DNA of 64,000 bases from Piromyces finnis finn. Its lineage: Eukaryota; Fungi; Neocallimastigomycota. The notes below the pieces were generated by a model that was given only the letters and a program-made list of their open reading frames with translations, had not been told where the DNA came from and made no database searches. Positions 42,306 to 54,197 of the stretch are shown one piece after another. A program made the translations under genes and the position numbers. Location of the stretch: the NCBI GenBank assembly GCA_002104945.1, contig MCFH01000015.1, positions 248,001-312,000 on the forward strand, in the 5' to 3' direction. Numbering within the stretch: position 1 is the stretch's first letter; each line of letters starts with the position of its first letter.

Positions 42306-44150
42306 CTATTTTCTTGATCTACTTCTTGTTCTGCTTCTGGATCTGGAATAGCTTCTTGCGCGAGTTTTTCTTTTTGGTGAATAGCTACGTCTTCTTGATC
42401 TACTTCTGGTGAGACTTCTAGATCTACTTCTACTACTGCTTCTAGAGGATCGGCTGAAACTACGTGATAAACTACGAGAATAGCTTCTTCTACGGCTTCT
42501 GCTTCTACTTAAACTTCTGCTAAAGCTTCTACTACTTCTGCTACTAATACTACTGCTACGTCCTCTTCTTCTAGTATTAGCGCTATTATTTAATGGACGA
42601 GCGCGTGGTCTTGATCTTGATCTACGACCCTTGCTACGACTTCTAGAGTATGAAGAAATAGATGAGTAGGATGAAGATCTACTTCTTCTTCTACTATATC
42701 TTCTTCTATTACGTGAAATTGATCTAGATCTAGTACGAGATCTTCCTCTTCTTCTTATTGGACTCTTTCTTCTAATTGGTCTACGATTATCATAATTTGG
42801 TCTGTAATGATCACTTGATGTTGCTGGTCTTCTTCTAGTAATAGATGGAGATCTACGAGTAACAGCTGGTGCTCTTCTTTCTATAGCATAACTACATGAA
42901 ATAACAGAACCATCAATTTGAGCTTCATTCATATAACGAATACTGTTCTTTGCAGCATCAGACGTTTCAAAGGATATAAATGCATATCCTCTAGAGCAAC
43001 CCACTAATTATGTTGAAATTAAATTTTAAAATTATAATAAAAAGAAGAATAAAAAATAGAGAGAGTTTGGTTAATCATATGGATAATACATATAGTATTT
43101 GATATTTATAAAAAGAAAATAAAATATTTATGAATTAGGATAACAGTTAATTTGTTTTAGTGCTGAGTAATAAACTCAAAATTTATATATATAAAATGGT
43201 GATTTAATCTATATAGATAATAAAAAATAATGAATAGATAGTGACATTATTCTTTATGAGTAGATTATAAAAATTCTAAATATTGACATGATAATAACTA
43301 TATACTATAATTTTGTTAAAAGTATTCCTGTTTAATATTCCTGTTTTTTCATTATTATACTCTATTAAATCCTTTTTTTTTTTTTAGTGAATTTCAAAAA
43401 AAAAAAAAAAAAAAAAACTGATATTATTCATTTATAAAAAGATCAAATAATCATCCATGTTTAATTCATATTTTTTTTTTAATTTCAAATTTCATTATAT
43501 TTACATTTTCTATCAATTGGAAGATCTAAGCTTGTAATTGTTCCATAGACTCCAAATATTTCTCTTAAATGGTCTACATTAACATTTTTTGTTAGTTTCT
43601 TTACAATAATTCTTGTATTTCTTGATCTTGAATCACTTCTACTTCTTTTTCTGGAATTGGAACGAGATGAATTTCTAGTTTTTGAAAAAGATTTTGAACG
43701 AGATCTTGATGATCTTAAAGAACGAGAGCGGGAGCGGGAACGGGAACGTGTGCGGGAACGTGTGCGAGAACGTGAACGTGAAATAGAGACTGAACGTGAC
43801 ATTGATAAGCTACGATTTCTGGAAACAGATCTTGATTTTGACCTCGATCTTTTTTACATGAACAAATATATTATATATTATTTTTATTATTTTTTTGTTG
43901 TTGTTGTTGAAAAGATGTGAAATTTTTTGAAAATTGTAAAAACGTTTAAATTATTATGGTGTAACAAAAATAGGCATGTATTTTAAGATAATGAAACATA
44001 ATAAACACATTGAAAAACAATATAAAATTAATATTTTATCTCACTTTAGTAACATTTTAGAATAATTAATAAATTACGTTAACCAATTTTTATAATTTAC
44101 CTAGATTCCTTTTTAGTTTTTTCACCTGCTGAGGTACTTTTTTTATCCAT
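42306..44150 (-). CDS. RNPS1: RNPS1-like RS-RRM-RS splicing / exon-junction-complex protein; 3 exons
   Basis: Exon 1 MDKKSTSAGEKTKKES|gt. Exon 2 RS repeats plus TRIIVKKLTKNVNVDHLREIFGVYG...LDLPIDRK. Exon 3 SRGYAFISFETSDAAKNSIRYMNEAQIDG plus a long RS tail. Confidence 0.8.
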
Positions 44151-45147
44151 TATTAAAAAAAATCTATTGAATATCAATACAATTTATTAAAAAATAAAAA
44201 AAAAAATACATTAATAAATTTCACTTTTTTTTAAAAAAAAAAAAATAAAAAAAAAAAAAAAAAAGAAAAAGAAACTGGAAATATTTAAATTGTATTTTAT
44301 GATTAATAATATTTTCATTAATGGTGTTGTCACTGGTTTAAACTACATCTTATTTTTTTTCATTGCTTTGAACATAGATATAGAAATAAGTGAGATCAAT
44401 AAATAAATTGTTGGTAACAATTTCTTTGTTTTCATTTTATTTTAACATTTATATTATCATTTATATTTCTTTTTATATATACATATATAATTATCATTTT
44501 TATTATAAAATTTGAATTTATTTCACTATCAAGGTATAATACATTGAAATACTTTTTTTTTTTTTTTTTCAATATACCAAGTATTGATGTAAAAAAAAAA
44601 AAAAAGTATTTTTCAAATTATTAATTATACCTTTAAAATTATTCTTTCCTGTTTTTACTAATATCAAAATAAATAAATGTTTATAGGATTAACATGGAGA
44701 ATACCTTATATCATTAAAAAACCTTTTTATATATGCATAAAGAAAAAAGAGGTAGAATAAAAATGAAAAAAAAAAAAATACTTTTATCAAGAATGATAAA
44801 AATGTGTCAATCCACCTTTTTCTTTTTTTTCTTTTTTTTTTTTTTTTTTTTTTTTATTTTATGGATAAATTTTATTAAAATAAAATTTAATTTTTTTTAA
44901 TTAATTAATAAATAAATTTTAATATTTTTTAATTTAATAAATTATTTTTTATTGGTGAAAAAGACGTTTACAATTACAATTTTCTTTTTCTTTTTTTAAA
45001 AAGGGAAAGGTTTAAAACCTTTATGTAAAAAAAAAAAAAAAAAAAAATACTTTGAAAGATATCAAGTAAATACTTTTGCGTTTACATACTTATTAAAAGC
45101 GATAGATAAAAAGGAAGGAAAAGAAAAAAAAAAAAAAAGAGTGAAAA

Positions 45148-47241
45148 ATGCTTGAATATATTATTGTACTTTTAATTTTTTCTTATTTTTACATAAAAAG
45201 AATACTTAAAAATAAGCAAGAAAAAAAGAATTGTTTGAGTATATTAATAGCTTCAGATGTTCACTTATCCTTTGAAAATATAAAAAAATTAGAAAAATGG
45301 ACAAAAAAGAATAACAGAAAGTAATATTTAAAAAATAAACATTTATTAAAAAAAAAAAAAAAAAATACTATCTGAACTTTTAAATTAAAAATATATCCTA
45401 TTATTATTATAAAAAAAAAAAAGATTTGATTTAATTTTAAATCCAGGAGATTTTTGTAATTTAAATGAGGAACAAGCACTTGCAGGAGATGAAGGAGTAA
45501 ATATATTGATATGATAATATCTATTTCTATTCAAATATAAATGTTATATTATTTTATAAACAATAAAATTAAATGATAAAATAAAATAAAAAAAGTATTT
45601 AGTTGTTTTAGAAGAATTAAAAAAAATATCAAAGAATGTATTATACATTCCAGGTAAATTAATAATTCATATTATAAAGAATTTAAATTTAATTATTATG
45701 CTTTCAAGGAATTAATTCTTTTCTATTATATTTAAATTTTTTAAACAACAACAAACGAATATACCAAATTTATATAATGATAATATTATAACAAACTATT
45801 TATTTATTCAATATTATTGTTTTAATAATAATAATGCAAATAATATTACGTTAAATTGTAAAAAATAATAATAATAATAATAATGTCGCTTTAAATATTC
45901 AGGAAATCACGATTCCAAATATTTATTCGATTCTGTTCCACAAGATTGTGAAAATCCAGAAGAATGGCAACCATTACCAGTACAAGCTTTAACTGAATAC
46001 AACTCCAGACTTTCAGATAGAAATATTCATAATAAATATGTAAAAATTCATGGTATGGAATATTTAAATTTTTTATATTATATTTATATAGAGTAACCTA
46101 TTTATGTTAATGTTTTAGAGTCTTAAAAAAATGATACTTTTTTTTTTATCTATTATAATCAACTTTTTTTGTCGTATTTTTTTTTTTTTTTTTTTTTTTT
46201 TCAGATTTTTGTAACTCACATGAATTAATATTTTATAAATTTTATAAATCCTATGACTTTATCTATAGAAAAGAACTTATATATTGCAGGTTTTGGTGGT
46301 TCTATTGATGCTTACTTGTATAGTGATAAAGATAAGATTGAATGGCCAGGTATATATATTGAAATTACATTACTAAAATGATTACAGCCCAACATCTATC
46401 ATTCCTATTAATAATAATTGTTGGAGATGATATTTATATATAATCACGTTTTAATACTTTTATTATTATTATTAATAATAACGTAATTTCCAGGTTTCCC
46501 ATTCAGTGAACAACAATATGGTATGGGATTTTCTCATTTAATGAATGCATGGGATAAAATTAAAAAGAATAGTAATGATGCTTTAATTATTTTAACTCAT
46601 ATTGGACCAGCTTGGATTGGTAAGTTTTATATAAAAAAAAGTTTTATCTTTTTCTTTTAAATATATATATATATATATTAATTTTTTTTTTATCAAAATG
46701 AACTATTTTTATTAAAAGGTACCACTGCTAAACACGAAAAACCATATAATGAAAATGAAAAAATTCAATCTGGATCCGAAATAGCCTATAACATGATGAA
46801 AACCATAAAATATCAAGTAATTAATAATGATATAAATGAAAAAAAAAAAAAGATAAAAAGAGTAAATTAAAAAAAAATATTAATTAATGATATATATATA
46901 TATATATCATCATTATTATTAGGAAAAGGATACACCATTATTATGGATTCATGGTCATACTCATGCAGGAAAAGGTATTTATATCTAGATAAAAAAAAAA
47001 AAAAAAAAGATTATTTACTTTTTAAAATGAAATAAATAAAACTTTCCTTTATTTATATATATTATATTTATTAATTTACAATTAAACTAAATATGGCATT
47101 GATCAAGGTATGACTGATTTTGGTACTATTCCAGTTGTCAACCCAGGAGGTCTTTGTTATGGTCGTTTCTCTGTATTAAATTTAAAATATAGTAATGATC
47201 AATGGAATATTGAAAATGTTGAATTCCACAGTTTAAAATGA
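45148..47241 (+). CDS. Signal-anchored calcineurin-like metallophosphoesterase (Icc-related type); about 9 exons
   Basis: Hydrophobic start MLEYIIVLLIFSYFYI. All five MPP motifs appear across the exons: ILIASDVH, NPGDFCN, IPGNHD, ILTHIGP and WIHGHTH, then VVNPGGL; stop TGA at 47239-47241. Confidence 0.85.
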
Positions 47242-47641
47242 AATGTTGAAAAAGAAAAAAGGATAAAATACAAAGTTTTTTTTTTTAATGCTTAAACATT
47301 ATAAACAAAAAAAAAATTGTAATCAATTATTAAAATACATATATAAATCAAATAAGAAATAAAAAATAAGTATTTGTATTATAAAAAATCAAAATATATT
47401 TTTTTTTTATTTTTTATTTTTTTTTTTTTTAATAAATTTATTTCTTTTAAATTTAATTTACAAGATTAATACATGTCTTTTTTTTTAAAATATATATATA
47501 TATATAATAGTAGTTTAATAAAGTAACTATTATTTAGAATGATTTTATTATTAATTATTTCTTAATTATATATATTTTATTTTTGTTTGTTTGCTTTTTT
47601 CGTTTTTTTTTTAAGGGGAAAATTGTAAAAAAAAAAAAAGT

Positions 47642-48637
47642 TTATTCTTTTTTATAATTTTCCAAGATTTCAATAATATCAATTAATTGTTCTTGTTTCG
47701 CCACGTCCAAAGCGGTAAGTTGACAATCATCTTTTAAATTAGGATCAGCACCATGATCAAGTAATAACTTGACCACATCTGCATGATCAAAATAACTTGC
47801 AAAATGAAGAGGTGTCATTAAATGATGTGTGATAGCATTTACATCAGCTTTTTTCTCCAATAAATATTTAGCAATTTCAAAACAACCTTGATGACAAGCA
47901 ATATGAAGAGGTGTCCAACCATCATCTGTAACATAATTAATATTGGCATTAAATGATATAAGAAGTTTTACGATAGGTAAACATTTATCATCTTCACACA
48001 TTAAATGTAAAGCGGTATAGTTACATCTTGTTGTATAATTAACTTTAACTCCAGATTCTAAAAGTTCTTTAATTTTTTGCATATTCATTCGTTTGATTTC
48101 GTATATAAAAAGCATTGCTTTTTGAAGTTCTGTTTGAATATTTTGTAAAGGATAACCTAAACTTAAGAAAAGTTCCACACCTTCAATATTATGTCTAAAA
48201 CAAAGAACTCTGAAAGGATCATAATCATAATTTGTTTTTGAATATAAATCTGCTTTATGATTTATTAATACTTCAATAATATCATTTCTACCGGTGGAAC
48301 AAGCCACGTATAATGGAGTTTCCCCATTTTTATTTTTAATATTAATATCTGCACCATGACTTAATAAACTTTCTACAATATGTGTATTATTCTGGGTACA
48401 AGCAATGTGTAAGGCGGTTTCCCCTTCTTCATTTTGATTATTAATATTAATGCAAGGTTCGGAAAGTAAAAAATCAACAACATCAGTTCTTTCTCTACTA
48501 CATGCATATTCTAATCCGGTTTTTCCTTTCTTATCTCTTCGATTAATATTAACCTTATTTTTATTGACAACGGTTTTAACCTTTTCAATATAACCTTCTC
48601 TACAATTTTCTAAAAATTTATTGTAGGTTCTAGCCAT
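47642..48637 (-). CDS. Intronless ankyrin-repeat protein (331 aa)
   Basis: GETALHIAC, GETPLYVAC, GWTPLHIACHQG and TPLHFASYFDHADVVKLLLDHGAD. Confidence 0.95.
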   Translation of the reverse strand: MARTYNKFLENCREGYIEKVKTVVNKNKVNINRRDKKGKTGLEYACSRERTDVVDFLLSEPCININNQNEEGETALHIACTQNNTHIVESLLSHGADINIKNKNGETPLYVACSTGRNDIIEVLINHKADLYSKTNYDYDPFRVLCFRHNIEGVELFLSLGYPLQNIQTELQKAMLFIYEIKRMNMQKIKELLESGVKVNYTTRCNYTALHLMCEDDKCLPIVKLLISFNANINYVTDDGWTPLHIACHQGCFEIAKYLLEKKADVNAITHHLMTPLHFASYFDHADVVKLLLDHGADPNLKDDCQLTALDVAKQEQLIDIIEILENYKKE

Positions 48638-51113
48638 TTTTTTTTTTAAAAAAAAATAATAATAATAAACTTTGATAGATAGATAGACAGATAGATAGAT
48701 TTTTTTATAAAGATATTTGAAATATTTAACTTTTTTTTTTTATTATTATTATGTTGTAATAATTATATATATATTTGACTTTTAATATTAAAATATTTAA
48801 TTATTTTTTTTTTCTTGTTATTGTTGAGAGGTATAGTTACAATTAAGAATTAACTTTTTTTTTTTACTTCTTTATATATTTATTATTTATGACTATATAT
48901 CAAAATTGAGATAACAGATAGAAAAGAGCTTTCTTTTTTTTTTTTTTTTTGATATTGAATATTTAACAATAGAATATAATGAATAATTATAAAACAGATA
49001 GAAAATGGAAATTCCTTGATTTTGTATTTAATATTAAGAATAGTATTGAAATATTTTTGTTTTTATTTTTTTTTTTTAAATAATAATTATAATAATAATT
49101 TTTAAATAAATTGATAATACTCCAAAAAGGTAATATATGATACGACTCCTTTTATATCTATTTTATAAAAATTATCTAATTGTATAATTGAGGATTTTTT
49201 TTATTTTTATTTTACAATATATAGAGCTATTATTTCATATTAATTGTTGTATTGAATAGCATTTTAATAATACTTTATTTTTTAGTGTTGTTATAAAAGA
49301 AGATAAGAATTTAAATAGATTTTTACACACCTTTTTTTTTTCCATAAAAATAAGGATATAATATACTAAAATATCAATTAAATAATTATATAGATTTATA
49401 TATATTTTAATATTTTTTTTTCTTAATATATTATTTTAAAAAAAAAATATTTGTATTTTTAAAATTGATAATTCTTTTATGGAATAATAAAAAAATATTA
49501 TTTATTTAGTTATTCATTTTAGAACAAGTTTTTTTTTTTTTAAAATTTCAAAAAAAGTCAAAAAACATCTTTCAGTTCTTAAAATTTAATTTTTATTATT
49601 TATATTAAAATTAATTTTTTAAAGTTTTTTAATATAAAAAAAAATATTATAAAAAATAAAAAAATAAAAATAATTAATAGCATAGTCACACACACTTCAT
49701 TTCTTATGGTATATTGGGGTAGGTAGCATCTTATGATAAATTCATTACATAAGCAAGTGATGAAACGATAATAATAAAAGATTAGGATCCTTTCCTTTAT
49801 ATGGAATAAAATTAAATACATTAAAATTATATTTTTTTTTTCTTTAATTTCTTTAATGAAAAAATGTTTTAAAATTCGATTTCATTTTTACATCATTTCT
49901 TTTTTTTCTTTCCTTTAAATAACATTTTCAATAAAAAAAAAAACTTTTTTTTCCTTCGCTTTAAATTACAAAAACTTTTCTAAAATATTTTTTTTTATTT
50001 TTTTTTTAAATTTTAAAAATAAAAATTAATTTATTTTTTATTAATTTAATATGATTTTTTAATTTATTATTTTTTATTTAAAAAAAATCACAATTTCAAA
50101 ATTAATAATTAAAATTTTAATTTTGTACCACCTGAAAAAAAAAAGGGAATTTTTACCACAAATCCTGGGAAGAAAAAAAAGGTCACTTGAATAATTATTT
50201 TTAAACTAGTTTAATATTTTTTATTTTATAAAGAAAGGATTTAATATTTCAAATAATAAATATATATATTTATATTCATTTATTTATTTTATTTTATTCA
50301 TGAGATTTAAAAAAAACAATTAATAAAAAATGGTTAAAAATTAAATAATTAAAGGTTTTAAAAAAAAAATAATGCCACATGATCCAGTAATAATCCAATA
50401 CCACCTACAGGAAGTAAAAAAAATATTATAATATGAATTAATAATTATAGAAAAAAAACAGATTACTTTTCAATAAGTATATTAAATTGTAATGTATTAA
50501 ATACTAAATTTTATAATAAAAATAAATATGTTCCTTTTTATTATTATTAAAATTATTAAGTTATTATTAATGTTTAAAGTAATGCATTTAAATTTTTTGT
50601 TTAATTAATTAATTAATTAATTATTTATTTATTTATTTATTTATTTATAATTTAAATTATATAAATTTTGTAATTGCTATAGTAATTACAATTATAATTA
50701 TAATTATAATTATATAATTAATAAGAAATAATGAAATTTATTATTCTTTAATTATAATTGAAAGGACACAAAAAAAAAATAACTATGTTAAATTAGATCG
50801 AAAGGAAATCATTTTTTTGTTAATTAGAACATAAAAAAAAAATAATTATGTTCATTAAAATTTTATATGCTTTTAATTATATAATCTATAATCTTTATAT
50901 GGTAATTATATAATTCATTTGTAATTATTAAATTAGCTGTATAATTAAACATCAACCCTTCCTAGGAAGTAATTGAATTTTTTTTTTTAAAAAAAAAAAG
51001 AATATATAAAAGGAAGGAAGTTGTTTTTAAATTTTTTTTCTATATTCTTTATTTTTAATATCAAAAAGAAAATATACACATAAATAATATACTATTAATC
51101 AAATAAAAAAAAA

Positions 51114-51521
51114 ATGAATCTTAAAAATTTATTCCTTTATACTTTAACTTTAGCTGCCACTGCTTCCTCTCTTCCATTAGAAGTAGAACCAAATGAAAGT
51201 GATGTTATTTTGATTGAACCTCAGGTTGAAGAAACTGCTGTTATAAATGAAATTGAACCACCATTAAAAAGAGATTTTGATCATTCTAAAATTTTCCCCA
51301 TTGAATTCGAAGATAAGGTTAAGGATGAATTAAGATCAGAGGAAGAAAATATTGAAAAAAGAGGTATTAGAAAATCAAAAACAAAATCTATTATTGAAAG
51401 AAGAGCTGCTAAGAAAGCAAAAAAGCAAAGACGTAATTTTGAAAGAAGAATTGCCAAAAAAGCCAAAAAACAAAGACGTCTTCAAAGAAGAGCTGCTAAG
51501 AAAGCTGCTAAAAAATATTAA
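51114..51521 (+). CDS. Secreted precursor with acidic pro-region, dibasic (Kex2-type) sites and a highly cationic repetitive C-terminus
   Basis: Signal MNLKNLFLYTLTLAATASS; PLKR and IEKR sites; tail GIRKSKTKSIIERR-AAKKAKKQRR-NFERR-IAKKAKKQRR-LQRR-AAKKAAKKY. TATAAA-like box near 51005. Confidence 0.8.
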   Translation: MNLKNLFLYTLTLAATASSLPLEVEPNESDVILIEPQVEETAVINEIEPPLKRDFDHSKIFPIEFEDKVKDELRSEEENIEKRGIRKSKTKSIIERRAAKKAKKQRRNFERRIAKKAKKQRRLQRRAAKKAAKKY

Positions 51522-51974
51522 AATGTAAATATAGAATTAAATAAAAAAAAATCCAGTTTCATAAAATATAAAAATTAAAAAAAAAAAATTAAAAAAAAAA
51601 ATAAAAAAACATATCTATAAATAAATAAATAATATATTAAAAAAAGGTTTAAAATATTATAGTTTAAAAAAATGAAAAAATGAAATTAAAGTGTATGTGT
51701 ACTTTATCTTTTAACAAAACAATTTTTATTTTTTTAAAAATATTTATATAAAGTTTTACGAAAAAAATGATATAGATACATATAATAATTCTAAAAACAT
51801 TTTAAAAAAGTTTTTATACACTATATTAGTAATTTAGGTATGTTAAATTATTACTTTTAATATGAATCGTAAAACATAATAAGGAATAACTTTACATTTT
51901 AAAAAAATAATTTTAAATGTATTCCATTGAAATATATTTAGGATCATCTTTTTTCTTTAAATTAATTCTTATTC

Positions 51975-52024
<50 letters not shown>

Positions 52025-52478
52025 TTGTAAATTTTAAAAATAGCATTTAATATTGAATACACTTAAATATTTATAATTCCTTCAATATGAAATAAATCTC
52101 TTTTTTTTTTTTTAAATTAGAAATAGTTCAATAAATCCTATATATAATCTTCAGTAAAAAATATCATTCCATATTTTTTTTTCCTTTTTCTTATCATCCA
52201 TATTAAATTTAATATACTTCTATATAATATATAATATTTCTTTTTAGACCTTTTAAACTTGTTTTTATTTATAAAAAAAAAAGGAAAGAAAAAAGAAAAT
52301 CAAATGATTCTTTTTCTATTCATTCATATTTCATTAGAATTATTCCTATTCAATAAAAAAAATAGATTTTTTAGTATATTTAGAACTATTAAAAATATTA
52401 TATTACAAATATACCATTTTTCATTTATTTTTTTTAACCTTTTTTTTTTTTTTCTTTTCGAATAATTATAGGATCACT

Positions 52479-52608
52479 TAGTCAATATTTCAAATAAATA
52501 AAATAAAATAAAAAAAAAGTAATTATTAAATAAAATAAATGTAGTCAATATTTCAAATAAATAAAATAAAATAAAAAAAAAAAGTAATTATTAAATAAAA
52601 TAAATGTA
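52479..52608. repeat. 63-bp tandem duplication between the two precursor genes
   Basis: TAGTCAATATTTCAAATAAATAAAATAAAATAAAAAAAA..GTAATTATTAAATAAAATAAATG starts at 52479 and 52542. Confidence 0.85.
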
Positions 52609-53065
52609 AATTAAATGTTCTAATATGCCAATATTAGATGCACTGGTTACACTATCAACATTATAATTAATGATTTAATCAGTTAAATATAGTAACTTTT
52701 ATTTTTTTTTTAATAATTGAAAAATCATTAGAACAAATCATTTTTTTAAACTTTAATCAATTATTAATGATAATGAAACTTGTACTTGTTGCTTTTTTTT
52801 TTTTATAATTATTAAAACCTACTAAATATAACTTTAATAAAAAATATTATTAATATAGATTATTATTATTAATACTTTTTTTTATATACTATATTAAACT
52901 TTATATTTTTTTTTTTCCATTAATTCTTTTAATAAAAAAAAACATATAAAAGAAAGGAATCTTTTCTTTTTTTTTAGAATTATAATTAAAAATATTAATT
53001 TTTTAATTATTTATTTTTTTTTATATAAAAAAAATATACCCATTAAAGCATTAAAACAACAAAAA

Positions 53066-53821
53066 ATGAACTTTAAGAATATTAGTTTATTTCTTTTTGC
53101 TTTAAATTTAGCTTCAGCTCATTTTCATTCATTAGAAAATGAACCAAATAGTATTGTTTTTAGTGATACCCATATTGAATTACTATCCAAAAGAAATCCT
53201 CTCTTATTAAATACTTTTAAAACTGAATTAAATAGTATTTTTATTGAAAATGAAAAAGATATTGAATCCAATGATGCTCTTGAAAAAAGAGCTGTTAGGA
53301 AGTTAAAGCCAATCAAAAGTCAAGGCCGCAGTATTGAACCAAGAGGTATGAAAGTTACTACTAAAAAGGCAGCTAAAAAGCAAAAACGTAATATTGAATC
53401 CGATTCCTCAAGTAAATTAAATGACAATCACATTTTTAATGAGAATGAAATCGGTTTACCCTCCAAAAAAAGTTTACTCTTATTAAATACTTTTAAAACT
53501 GAATTAAATGGTATTTCAACTGAAGAAAAAGAAATTGAATCCATTGATATTCTTGAAAAAAGAGCTGTTGCTAAAAAGGCTGCTAAAGCAGCTAAAAAGC
53601 AAAGACGCAGCGAAGTTGAATTATTATCAAAAAGAAGCCCTCTTTTATTAAATACTTTTAAAACTGAATTAAATGAAATTTCAACTGAAGATGAAGAAAT
53701 TGAATCCATTGATACTCTTGAAAAAAGAGCTGTTAGGAAGTTAAAGCCAATCAAAAGTCAAGGCCGCAGTATTGAACCAAGAGCTATGAAAGCTGCTAAG
53801 AAAGCTGAAAAAAAAAATTAG
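53066..53821 (+). CDS. Secreted multi-repeat Kex2-type precursor: three acidic spacer plus cationic segment units
   Basis: Signal MNFKNISLFLFALNLASA; three copies of LLLNTFKTELN...IES.D.LEKR, each followed by a basic segment. TATAAAAG near 52945. Confidence 0.82.
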   Translation: MNFKNISLFLFALNLASAHFHSLENEPNSIVFSDTHIELLSKRNPLLLNTFKTELNSIFIENEKDIESNDALEKRAVRKLKPIKSQGRSIEPRGMKVTTKKAAKKQKRNIESDSSSKLNDNHIFNENEIGLPSKKSLLLLNTFKTELNGISTEEKEIESIDILEKRAVAKKAAKAAKKQRRSEVELLSKRSPLLLNTFKTELNEISTEDEEIESIDTLEKRAVRKLKPIKSQGRSIEPRAMKAAKKAEKKN

Positions 53822-54143
53822 AAAAAAAATAAAAAAAAAAAAATTTCAAAATATAGATTTAAAATAAAAGTTGTTTAGTATTTAAGTAAAATATATATAT
53901 ATATATATAATAAAATACCATAATTTAAAGTGTACGTAAATATTATTAAAAAAATAAAAGTTAGAAAAAACAAAAATTTTAAAAGCGTCATGTTAATATT
54001 TCAAAAAAAAACAAAAATTTAAAAGTGTCATGTTAATATTTCAAAAAAATTAAAGTGTTTTAATAGTTCATTTACATATTTTTATGTTTTTTATTATTTT
54101 TAATAAAAGTTTCAACAAAGTCATTTAGATATATTTTATACAA

Positions 54144-54160
54144 TGATTAAATAATAAGTA

Positions 54161-54197
<37 letters not shown>

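Noticed and set aside
43657-43920. ER-rich + strand ORF
   Set aside because: Antisense shadow of the RS repeats in RNPS1.
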